A stretch of DNA of 14,584 bases from Spirulina sp. Its GTDB lineage: Bacteria; Cyanobacteriota; Cyanobacteriia; Phormidesmidales; Phormidesmidaceae. The notes under the pieces were generated by a model. That model ran no database searches. It was not told the origin of the DNA and was given only the letters and a program-made list of their open reading frames with translations. The stretch is from NCBI GenBank assembly GCA_044070495.1, contig JBIPSI010000057.1, positions 1 through 14,584 of the forward strand. Reading direction: 5' to 3'. The translations under genes were made by a program, and so were the position numbers. Positions 1 to 8,280 of the stretch are shown piece by piece. Within the stretch, counting starts at the first letter, position 1. Every line of letters starts with the position of its first letter.

Positions 1-2373
1 CCACTGGTAGCTGTAGGTGCTGCTGTTGGGCAAACCATCGGCATCGACTAACCTGGAAACATCGGCGGTGAGGGGGCTGTCCTCTTGGGGGGTGCCCACA
101 ATGGCAATGGGAGGTGCGCTGAGGTCGATCACCTGAAGCCCACTGGTGAAGTCTGCGACATAGGCATAGGTGCCCACCACGCTCACGCCCCTGGCCGAGT
201 CAGGGGTATCGAAGGTACCGACCAAGGTGGGGTTGGCGGGGCTGCTGATGTCGATGACTTGCAGCCCACTGTCGCCATCTGCGACATAGGCATAGTTGCC
301 CACCACGCTCACGCCCCAGGCATTGCCAGGGGTATTGAAGGTGCCGACCAAGGTGGGATTGGCAGGAGTGCTGATGTCGATCACCTGCAGTCCGCTGAAT
401 GCGTCGGCGACATAGGCATAGTTGCCCACCACGCTCACGCCCCAGGCAATGCCAGGGGTATCGAAGGTGCCGACCAGGGTGGGGTTGGAAGGAGTGCTGA
501 TGTCGATCACCTGAAGCCCATTGTTGCCGTCGGCGACATAGGCATAGTTGCCCACCACGCTCACGCCATTGGCATTGCCAGGGGTATCGAAGGTGCCGAC
601 CAGGGTGGGGTTGGCGGGGCTGCTGATATCGATGATCTGAAGCCCGCTGAGGTCGTCTGCGACATAGACATAGTTGCCCACCACGCTCACGCCCCTGGCC
701 AGGCCAGGGGTATTGTAGGTGCCCGCCAGGGTGGGGGTTGTGGGGTCAAGGCCTATGGGCGCGTCGTTGATGTTGGCAATGGCACTGGTGGCCGCACTGG
801 TAATGGTTTCGAGGGTGCCTTGCAGGTCGGTGTACTGCATTTGCACCCTAACCTGTTGCCCCACCTGGTCATCCCCTGGGGTAAAGGTGCTGGCGTTGGC
901 CCCCACGATGGCCGACCAAGTGGTGCCGCCATCGCTGGATTGCTGCCACTGGTAGTTATAGGTGCTGCTGTTGGGCAGACCATCGACATCAATTAACCTG
1001 GAAACATCGGCGGTGAGGGGGCTATCTTCTTGGGGGGTGCCCACAATGGCAATGGGAGGCCCGCTGAGGTCGATCACCTGCAGCCCGCTGAAGCGGTCTG
1101 CGACATAGGCATAGGTGCCCACCACGCTCACACCCCTGGCATTGCCAGGGGTATTGAAGGTGCCGACCAGGGTGGGGTTGGAAGGGGTACTGATGTCGAT
1201 CACCTGAAGCCCACTGGTGTTGTCTGCGACATAGGCATAGGTGCCCACCACGCTCACGCCAATGGCCAGGCCAGGGGTATTGAAGGTGCCGACCAGGGTG
1301 GGGTTGGAAGGGGTACTGATGTCGATCACCTGAAGCCCGCTGCTGCCGTCGGCGACATAGGCATAGGTGCCCACCACGCTCACGCCCAGGGCAAAGTTAG
1401 GGGTATTGAAGGTGCTGACCAGGGTGGGGTTGGAAGGGGTACTGATGTCGATCACCTGAAGCCCGCTGGCGTCGTCCGCGACATAGGCATAGGTGCCCAC
1501 CACGCTCACGCCAATGGCAAAGCCAGGGGTATTGAAGGTTCCGACCAGGGTGGGGTTGGAAGGGGTACTGATGTCGATCACCTGAAGCCCGCTGGCGTCG
1601 TCCGCGACATAGGCATAGGTGCCCACCACGATTACGCCCCTGGCACTGCCAGGGGTATCGAAGGTTCCGACCAGGGTGGGGTTGGAAGGAATGCTGATGT
1701 CGATCACCTGAAGCCCGCTGTTGCCGTCTGCGACATAGGCATAGTTGCCCACCACGCTCACGCCATTGGCACTGCCAGGGGTATCGAAGGTGCCCGCCAG
1801 GGTGGGGGTAGTGGGGTCAAGCCCTGTGGGAGGAGAATTTAGGGTGTGGGGGTAAGCCGCGAGGGTGGTGGGGGAGATGGGGATGGACGTAGGGACGTAG
1901 TTGGAGGAGTGGGTGTCTAGCGCCCAGGTGCCGTTGCCCGTGACCCTGCGGCTGGCGGCCAGGGTGGCCCCAGTGAGGTGGTGCAGGTGTTGGAGGAATT
2001 CGGTTCCGGCATCCCCCGCCGCCACGGTGCAGCCGTAGAGCAACAGTTCAGCATTGCCGTCTTGGAACCAAGTTGCCAGAGCGTCGGCGTAGGTTGCGAG
2101 GTTTTCGAGGTTTAGTTCACCCTTGCCCAAGAACAACCGCCCCGGCGCACCATGGGACACAAGATGGACGGTACGGGCGGGATGGTGCTGCAAATAGGTG
2201 GTGATTTGGGCGATGCCGTCGGCCTCTGCCGTCAGCACTTGCACGGGGATGTCGGGCCACACACCTCGTAGCAGATGGTCTACATCGCTAACCTTGGCAT
2301 CGATAAACAGCACCGATGCCCCCCCCGATGCGTCAGTCGCTTGAGTCGGGGCAAGGGTAGACAGGAATGACAT
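1..2373 (-). CDS. Large surface/secreted protein: DUF4347 + LVIVD-repeat beta-propellers + Ig/cadherin-like domains (3' end beyond window)
   Basis: Manual translation from ATG 2373 (GAGG 7 nt upstream): MSFLSTLAPTQ...VLFIDAKVSD...VHLVSHGAPGRLFLG...LLLYGCTVAAGDAGTEFL (DUF4347-like), then 6 + 5 LVIVD repeats and DxDGL...YQWQ domains. The frame appears open to position 1, so it is absent from the ORF track. Confidence 0.92.
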   Translation of the reverse strand, partial: MSFLSTLAPTQATDASGGASVLFIDAKVSDVDHLLRGVWPDIPVQVLTAEADGIAQITTYLQHHPARTVHLVSHGAPGRLFLGKGELNLENLATYADALATWFQDGNAELLLYGCTVAAGDAGTEFLQHLHHLTGATLAASRRVTGNGTWALDTHSSNYVPTSIPISPTTLAAYPHTLNSPPTGLDPTTPTLAGTFDTPGSANGVSVVGNYAYVADGNSGLQVIDISIPSNPTLVGTFDTPGSARGVIVVGTYAYVADDASGLQVIDISTPSNPTLVGTFNTPGFAIGVSVVGTYAYVADDASGLQVIDISTPSNPTLVSTFNTPNFALGVSVVGTYAYVADGSSGLQVIDISTPSNPTLVGTFNTPGLAIGVSVVGTYAYVADNTSGLQVIDISTPSNPTLVGTFNTPGNARGVSVVGTYAYVADRFSGLQVIDLSGPPIAIVGTPQEDSPLTADVSRLIDVDGLPNSSTYNYQWQQSSDGGTTWSAIVGANASTFTPGDDQVGQQVRVQMQYTDLQGTLETITSAATSAIANINDAPIGLDPTTPTLAGTYNTPGLARGVSVVGNYVYVADDLSGLQIIDISSPANPTLVGTFDTPGNANGVSVVGNYAYVADGNNGLQVIDISTPSNPTLVGTFDTPGIAWGVSVVGNYAYVADAFSGLQVIDISTPANPTLVGTFNTPGNAWGVSVVGNYAYVADGDSGLQVIDISSPANPTLVGTFDTPDSARGVSVVGTYAYVADFTSGLQVIDLSAPPIAIVGTPQEDSPLTADVSRLVDADGLPNSSTYSYQW
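121..750 (-). repeat. 5 tandem 126-bp LVIVD repeats, part of a 945-bp higher-order module
   Basis: Anchor motif at 124, 250, 376, 502, 628. Positions 1-120 closely match 946-1065 (offset 945 = 5x126 + 315). Confidence 0.93.
1066..1815 (-). repeat. 6 tandem 126-bp (42-aa) LVIVD repeats
   Basis: gtcgatcacctg recurs at 1069, 1195, 1321, 1447, 1573, 1699. Unit is TFDTPGxAxGVSVVGNYAYVADxxSGLQVIDISTPSNPTLVG. Confidence 0.95.
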
Positions 2374-2759
2374 GGGAAAACCTCAAAAGTTCAACAACTG
2401 AAACAGCGGCAGAACGGCAGGGGGCCGAATTCCGTCGTGGCGGTTACTAGGGAGGAAAACAAAAAACTGTAGGTTCAGGGCGTGTCTACGCCACTGGCCT
2501 AGGGGACGCTGGCTAAGCAGGCCATATCCCCTGAAGGCGTGATGCCAAGGTGGCGAATCGGTGAACTACGCTGACCATGGTAGCCAATCTCTGAAATTCT
2601 TTCGGACGAGTGAATCAGTGCTTCCTCTTAAAGGTTGCCTATAGAAAACTGGGAGTTTGGTCGGCTCGCAGGAAACTTTACCAAAACGCAACAAACGCTT
2701 TAATCTCCGGCGAAGCAATTTTCGTTTGTGGCTGGAAGGGTAGCCGTGAGCACCAGAAA

Positions 2760-2940
2760 TTAGGCCAGGGAATAGCTGGCCTGTCGTTGCAGATGAAACG
2801 GCCCCAGGGCTGGCTCCCAGGTGGTTTTCCGGTGCTGGGGTCTTCTACCCCGTGGTCGTAGGCCTTGAGGCTAGCGATGCCATCTGGGGCCATAGACGGG
2901 CAAATCTAAGGGAAACATTGTTTGACTGGGCCTGGATAAG
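2760..2940 (-). pseudogene. Degenerate copy of the cpcT 3' part (weak similarity may extend to ~3250)
   Basis: 2760-2869 aligns with 6133-6240 with a 1-nt deletion and a 3-nt insertion (LKAYDHGVEDPSTGK vs LKVYDHGV-DPNTGK). 2898-2940 aligns more weakly with ~6267-6308. Confidence 0.8.
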
Positions 2941-2976
2941 CCATGGCCCAGTGGCTTTCGACGGGCTAGATGCAGC

Positions 2977-3005
2977 TCCCAGCGATGGCCTAGCCATCGC
3001 TGGGA
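2977..3005. other. Perfect 13-bp inverted repeat (hairpin)
   Basis: tcccagcgatggc-cta-gccatcgctggga; no U-tract on either side. Confidence 0.6.
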
Positions 3006-3273
3006 CACTCTCCCCGATTTGTTAGGCCTATTTTCTAAATAACAGCCTGCCAGTCGGCGGAGGGTGACGACAGCAACGAGGCCCCCGTTCGGGAGAGACC
3101 ATCCATCTGCCAGATCACCATTTGGGCCCTGGTTTGGTGCTGCCAGAGCAGATCGAGCTTGGCATCGCCGGAAAAGTCTGCTGCACCCACCAGTCACCAG
3201 AGCGGATCCACTTGGTCAAGGATGTAGCCGCCGGTGAGGGTGGTGCCGTCCATCGATCACAGGGCCATCGGGC

Positions 3274-5955
3274 TTAGATCACCGAGATCTTGACCATCAC
3301 ATCGTTAAAGTCGCGGTCGCCGCCGCCAGCGATGTCCTCAAAGCCAAAGACGTTGTCGCTGAGTAGCCGCACATGGTCTTGGCCATCGTCATTCGCCCCC
3401 ATGTGATTGAAGAAGACCGTGGGGTTGTTGCTAGAGTCCTCGTCGAGGAGGGCATCGAGGGAGCTATCTACGATCAAAAAAGTGCTGAGCAGTTGCCCCG
3501 TGGCGACTTCGGCGGTGTAGGTGAGGGTTTGGCCATTTTGGCCCGCCAGGTTGCTCACCACCCGATTCGCCAACGCTGCCTGGACATAGCCAACCTCTCC
3601 AGGGTTAATCAGGTTACCCGTGAGGGGATCGCGAACTTGCCCTTGGGCATTTTGCACGGTGTATAAGCCGACAACGTTGTTATAGAAGGCTTCACGGAAC
3701 ACATCCATGGTTAGCTTGGCAGTGGGGCCATTCATCCCTGTGAGATCGATGAGTTCGCCCTGGATGAGGTTGCCCTGTCGTGGGCTACCAACGGGGGCTG
3801 GGGTCGGGTCTAGCCCTAGTTGAATGGTTACGCTGGGAGACGCAGTGCCGGGTAGCGTCAAATCCGCTAGGTATCCTTGGTCGAGGGCACGGTACTGCAT
3901 AACGGATTGGCCATTGGCATTAGCGGCCCCCGTCGCAAAGAAGATTTGAGATGCCCCACCTCGTTTGAGGTCGTCTAGGGTGCCGCCTTGGATCAGGGCG
4001 AACTGCAAAAACTGGCCAGGGGCAATGGGAAGGCTGCGCCGACCAAACTGCCCAGCAAAATCCCCCGCCTTGAGGACAGACATCAGGGTGGTGGCCCGCT
4101 GCACTGCCGCCGCCGTATAGCCTGTCGTGCTGGGCAATAGGCCATCGATGCGTCCTTCGGCATCATCGACCACCACCACGACAATATCCACCACGGAGTC
4201 TGCCCCTTGGGTGGTAACGGTGGCCGTGAGGCGGGTGGCGCTGTCTCCCGTGACAGCAAGCAGTTGGTTGGCTAGGGGGATGATTTGAGCTGGGTTGGGG
4301 GCTGGAGAAGGGATGGCCGTGACAGCGCTGGTGGGAGCACTAACCACCGCCTCTGGGGTGCCAAAGCCATCGGTGTAGCGGGCGATGACGGTGATGACTT
4401 GACCCACTTGAGATAGAGTCAGCAGTAACGTCTTCCCCGTTGCTCCGGTGATGTCGGTACCATTGGCCTGCCACTGGTAGACGATGGGGTCGGAGATGCC
4501 ATCAAGATCCGTGAAATCGTTGCTAGCGGTGAGGGTTTGGCCTTGGGTGGCGGTGCCCCCAATGGTGACGCGTCCGGTGGGTGGGGTGTTGACCCGAAGG
4601 TTGTAAAGCTCAACGCCGTTTACCCCATCATCGGCAAAAAAGAGTAGGGTGTTGGTGCCTAAAAGTCTGAGTTCATAGGGGTTAGCGCTACCGCTGCCAG
4701 GGTTAACATCTGCCACTAGCACGGTTCCGGCTTCGGTGCCATCGCTTTTCCAGAGTTCCACGCCATGGATGCCGTCGTCGGCTGTAAAATACAGGGTGCC
4801 GTTAACGTTAGTTAAATTCGCAACGTCAGCACTGCCGCTACCAGGCAAAACGTCCTTGACCAAGACGGTTCCGGTTTCGGTGCCATCGCTCTTCCAGAGT
4901 TCTGCGCCATGAATACCGTCGATGGCGGTGAAAAAGAGGGTGCCGTTGACGTTAGTTAAGGATGAGGGCAAAGCCGCATCACTGCCAGAAAAAACGTCTT
5001 TAACCAACCCCGTCCCGGTTGCGGTGCCGTCACTTTTCCAGAGTTCAGAGCCGTGGATGCCCTCGTTGGCGGTGAAAAAGAGAGTGCCGTTGATATCGGC
5101 TAGGGTCTTGGCAGAGGAAGATCCCGTCTGAAGCGCAAGATGCTTGACCAACACGGTGCCGACCTCAGTGCCGTCACTTTTCCATAGGCCATTTCTCTCG
5201 GTGGTGGAAAAAAAAAGCGTACCGTTGACATCGATGAGCCCCTTAGGGTTGGAGCCATAGGGGCCATCCCAGAGATCTTTAACCAGGGCCGTCCCGGTTG
5301 CGGTGCCGTCACTTTTCCAAAGCTCGCGGCCATTAGCACCGTTATCGGCGGTGAAAAAGAGGGTGTCGTTGACGGCGGTTAAAACGTAAGGATTGGAACT
5401 GCCTTTAGCGACAATATCTTTGACCAAGACGGTGCCGGCCTCAGTGCCATCACTTTTCCAGAGTTCAGTGCCATTGGTAGTGCTGTAGGCCCTAAAAAAG
5501 AGGGTGCCGTTGAGGTTGGTGAGATGGGCAGGGGGAGGGGTGAAATAGGAGGGGGGAGAAAAATAGCTATCACTATAGATGTCTTTGACCAAGACGGTAC
5601 CCGCCTCGGTACCATCGCTTTTCCATAGCTCTATGCCATGAAAGCCATTATCAGCGGTGAAAAAGAGGGTGCCGTTGACATTCGTTAAGTAGGCGGGAGA
5701 GGAATATCCACTACCCCTGTAAATGTCTTTGACCAGCACGGTGCCGGCAGCGGTGCCATCGCTTTTCCATAACTCCATGCCATGGGTGCCATCGTCGGCA
5801 GTGAAATAGAGAATACCGTTGCTGTCGGTTAGGGCAGCGGGCCAAGCGCCAACGGCTGGCAGAGTGAAATTAGAGATTCGGCTCAAGGGCACTATTGCTG
5901 CACCGGCACCGGAGCGAATTCCTAACGGCTGTAAAGCGAGCGACAGGCTGGTCAT
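3274..5955 (-). CDS. ELWxxDGT-repeat protein with Ig-like domain and C-terminal DUF4114-like domain
   Basis: Eight (E)LWKSDGT repeats, an NTPPTGRVTIGG...DLDGI...YQWQ domain, and C-terminal FGFEDIAGGGDRDFNDVMVKI. ATG 5955 is preceded by GGAG and is preferred over the track start at 5997. Confidence 0.92.
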   Translation of the reverse strand: MTSLSLALQPLGIRSGAGAAIVPLSRISNFTLPAVGAWPAALTDSNGILYFTADDGTHGMELWKSDGTAAGTVLVKDIYRGSGYSSPAYLTNVNGTLFFTADNGFHGIELWKSDGTEAGTVLVKDIYSDSYFSPPSYFTPPPAHLTNLNGTLFFRAYSTTNGTELWKSDGTEAGTVLVKDIVAKGSSNPYVLTAVNDTLFFTADNGANGRELWKSDGTATGTALVKDLWDGPYGSNPKGLIDVNGTLFFSTTERNGLWKSDGTEVGTVLVKHLALQTGSSSAKTLADINGTLFFTANEGIHGSELWKSDGTATGTGLVKDVFSGSDAALPSSLTNVNGTLFFTAIDGIHGAELWKSDGTETGTVLVKDVLPGSGSADVANLTNVNGTLYFTADDGIHGVELWKSDGTEAGTVLVADVNPGSGSANPYELRLLGTNTLLFFADDGVNGVELYNLRVNTPPTGRVTIGGTATQGQTLTASNDFTDLDGISDPIVYQWQANGTDITGATGKTLLLTLSQVGQVITVIARYTDGFGTPEAVVSAPTSAVTAIPSPAPNPAQIIPLANQLLAVTGDSATRLTATVTTQGADSVVDIVVVVVDDAEGRIDGLLPSTTGYTAAAVQRATTLMSVLKAGDFAGQFGRRSLPIAPGQFLQFALIQGGTLDDLKRGGASQIFFATGAANANGQSVMQYRALDQGYLADLTLPGTASPSVTIQLGLDPTPAPVGSPRQGNLIQGELIDLTGMNGPTAKLTMDVFREAFYNNVVGLYTVQNAQGQVRDPLTGNLINPGEVGYVQAALANRVVSNLAGQNGQTLTYTAEVATGQLLSTFLIVDSSLDALLDEDSSNNPTVFFNHMGANDDGQDHVRLLSDNVFGFEDIAGGGDRDFNDVMVKISVI

Positions 5956-6132
5956 AGCGACATCTCCGGAGCAACGGAGTAAAGACAGGGGGATCAAGTA
6001 CTGTAGCTGTGGCGAACCAGTACTGGCCCTTTCCTCTGTAATACCCGATACCGAGGCTATGCCCCCCCATGGGGATACAAAAGTTTCCTTATATTCGCAG
6101 GATGCAATACCTCCGAGATCCCTTGTGCCCCC

Positions 6133-6720
6133 CTAGGGCAGGGTATACACCGCCTGCCGCTGCAAATGAAACGGCCCCATGGCTGGCCCCCAGGTGGTTT
6201 TTCCGGTGTTGGGGTCTACCCCATGGTCGTAGACCTTCAGATCCACGGCATCACCCACCACGGCTAGGTCAAACCCCAGGGCAATATAGCTAGTTTGGTC
6301 TTGGTAAGAAATCGCACACAGGCTATCCGCAGGCATCCGGGCAATGTATTGATGATCATCCCAAGAAATGTCTAGGCCGCAGGTGGGTAATTCCACCAAA
6401 TCAGCACGGGTGAGATTTGTCAGGCGCTCCGGTTCACTACTGCACCCGCGCCAAGCCAGGGGATCCGCCAAACCGTAGTATTGGCCCCAGAAACCATCCC
6501 CCCGCTGAGTCAGGTGCAAAATACGCTGACGGTAGGGCGGTGCCCCAGAGGCCACGCTGATTTGCTCAATAAAAAAGCTGTAGCCCTCCCCAAATAAATC
6601 GGGCGACAAGGGCCGATTCCACACCCGCAAATGCAGATACCAAATCGGTTCCGCTAGGGATTGGGCCTTGTTGTCAAATTCTCCGGCGAGGGCGGCGGCG
6701 AGGTGGGATAGGGGGGGCAT
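6133..6720 (-). CDS. cpcT: CpcT/CpeT-family phycobiliprotein chromophore lyase
   Basis: AGEFDNKAQ...WYLHLRVWNRP, PYRQRILHL, LPTC, YDHGVDPNTGKTTWGPAMGPF; 195 aa. The specific paralog is uncertain. Confidence 0.88.
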   Translation of the reverse strand: MPPLSHLAAALAGEFDNKAQSLAEPIWYLHLRVWNRPLSPDLFGEGYSFFIEQISVASGAPPYRQRILHLTQRGDGFWGQYYGLADPLAWRGCSSEPERLTNLTRADLVELPTCGLDISWDDHQYIARMPADSLCAISYQDQTSYIALGFDLAVVGDAVDLKVYDHGVDPNTGKTTWGPAMGPFHLQRQAVYTLP

Positions 6721-6725
6721 GGGTG

Positions 6726-6841
6726 TTGGTTATTGGTTATTGGTTATTGGTTATTGGTTATTGGTTATTGGTTATTGGTTATTGGTTATTGGTTATTGGT
6801 TATTGGTTATTGGTTATTGGTTATTGGTTATTGGTTATTGG
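6726..6841. repeat. Heptamer tandem repeat (TTGGTTA)16 + TTGG, STRR-like
   Basis: 16 perfect units counted. Similar to cyanobacterial STRR2-type (TTGGTCA) heptamers. Confidence 0.97.
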
Positions 6842-8248
6842 GTGAATGGGGCCGTTGTAGAGGTAGGTGGTCATGGGGCCACGACCTTTGATGTGTAGTG
6901 TACCTCTGGACTCGAAGGCATAGTGATCCTTGAGGTGGTAGTAGGTGGCTTCGCTGACCTGAATGCGATCTACCACACCCTGGGATTCCATGCGGCTGGC
7001 GATGTTTACCGCATCGCCCCAGAGGTCGTAGCTGAACTTTTTAATCCCAATCACCCCGGCCACCACGGGGCCAGTGTTGATGCCAATGCGTAGGCAAAAG
7101 GGTTGGCCATCTCTGCGCTGAAAGGTTTTGATCACTTGCAGCATTTCTAGGGCCATGGCCATAACGCGGCGGGCGTGGTCGGGCTGGGCAGTGGGCAGGC
7201 CGCCGACCACCATGTAGGCATCGCCGATGGTTTTGATTTTTTCGAGGTTCCACTGGTCGGCAATGGTGTCGAAGGCGGAGAAGATCTCGTTGAGTAAGCA
7301 GACTAAGTCGGTGGGCGGAAACTGCGCCGCCAGTCCGGTGAAGTCCACCAGGTCGGCAAAGAGAATGGTGGCTTCCTCAAAGCGAGAGGCGATGGCTTTT
7401 CCGGTTTCCTGCTTAAGCTGGTCGGCAATGCTGCCGGGGAGAATGTTGCGCAGCAGCCGTTCTGATTTTTCCTGGGCGGCGATCAGGGCAGCCTCGGCCT
7501 GTTTGCGTTCCTGAATTTCGTGGCGCACCCGGTCAAACATTTGACCAAAGGCGTGGGTCACGTCCCCCAGTTCGTCCCTACGAGTCATCGAAAGACTGTA
7601 AAAGGAAGGAGGCTGATCGCGGCTGACGGCTTCCCCGGCGGCGAGGAGGTCGTCGCACAGATACAGCAGCGGGTTAATCAGCAGCCGTTCTAGCACGAGG
7701 ATGGTGGCCAGGGTGACAAAGGCGGCAATAATCACGACCAGTCCCGCAATGGAGAGGGCATAGCGCAGCAGTTCGCGCCCTACGTTGCTGGCATCGTGGC
7801 GAACCGCTAGGAGGTACTGGTCTTTGAAGCTTTGGCTGGGCCACACCACATCGTAGCGGGCGGGGTTGCGGTGAACTTGGCGGCGCACCTCCGTGGGGGC
7901 GAGGTTGGTCAGATCGATCTGGGGCGGATCGCCAAAGGCCCGGACTAGGGTGCCATCGGGTCGGTAGAGGGCGGCCCCCCGCACCACCGAATCGGGTCGC
8001 AGGTTGCCCTGCAAGGTTTCTAGCACCTCCAAGGGTGACTGGTCGGCCATCATGCCCGCCTTTACCGCAAACAGCACCTCCTGGGAGACCTGTTCCAGGG
8101 CTTGGAGCTGTTCCTGCCGCCGCCGATGGAAGGAGGGAATAAAAATCACTGCCTCGATGATCAGCAGACTGAGAAACACCCACCCCACAATTTGGCGCGA
8201 TAGTCGAGATCGCAGCAGCCCCACCGATGATTGCAGCAAACTGGCCAT
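6821..8248 (-). CDS. Class III adenylate cyclase with 2 TM helices, extracytoplasmic domain and HAMP-like linker
   Basis: ILFADLVDFT, EKIKTIGDAYM, YDLWGDAVNIASRMES (Lys/Asp ATP-specifying residues), RRDELGDVTHAFGQMF. ATG 8248 is chosen because the track's 80-aa extension runs through intergenic-like DNA. Confidence 0.92.
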   Translation of the reverse strand: MASLLQSSVGLLRSRLSRQIVGWVFLSLLIIEAVIFIPSFHRRRQEQLQALEQVSQEVLFAVKAGMMADQSPLEVLETLQGNLRPDSVVRGAALYRPDGTLVRAFGDPPQIDLTNLAPTEVRRQVHRNPARYDVVWPSQSFKDQYLLAVRHDASNVGRELLRYALSIAGLVVIIAAFVTLATILVLERLLINPLLYLCDDLLAAGEAVSRDQPPSFYSLSMTRRDELGDVTHAFGQMFDRVRHEIQERKQAEAALIAAQEKSERLLRNILPGSIADQLKQETGKAIASRFEEATILFADLVDFTGLAAQFPPTDLVCLLNEIFSAFDTIADQWNLEKIKTIGDAYMVVGGLPTAQPDHARRVMAMALEMLQVIKTFQRRDGQPFCLRIGINTGPVVAGVIGIKKFSYDLWGDAVNIASRMESQGVVDRIQVSEATYYHLKDHYAFESRGTLHIKGRGPMTTYLYNGPIHPITNNQ

Positions 8249-8253
8249 AGATC

Positions 8254-8280
8254 GATTGCGATAAACTGATTGCGATAAAC
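8254..8280. promoter_or_regulatory. 13-bp direct repeat just upstream of the cyclase start
   Basis: gattgcgataaac at 8254-8266 and 8268-8280. A regulatory role is only inferred. Confidence 0.35.

Noticed and set aside
121..1815. CRISPR array
   Set aside because: The repeats are in-frame 126-bp coding units with no unique spacers, and there are no cas genes.
85..1842. Plus-strand ORFs 85-996 and 1030-1842
   Set aside because: They are antisense shadows of the LVIVD-repeat gene; the minus frame gives recognisable domains.
2374..2760. Riboswitch or attenuator in the long leader of the DUF4347 gene
   Set aside because: Only a 5-bp stem (2479-2492), separated from the T-run. No c-di-GMP or c-di-AMP consensus was recognisable by eye; an Rfam scan would be needed.
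2678..3197. ORFs 2678-2893 and 2871-3197 as genes
   Set aside because: Explained by the frameshifted cpcT relic.
5208..5216. A9 tract as a phase-variation site
   Set aside because: It encodes Leu-Phe-Phe-Ser within the repeat consensus, so it is codon-driven.
6668..6898. ORF with (YWLLVIG)n
   Set aside because: Translation artefact of the heptamer repeat, antisense to real genes.
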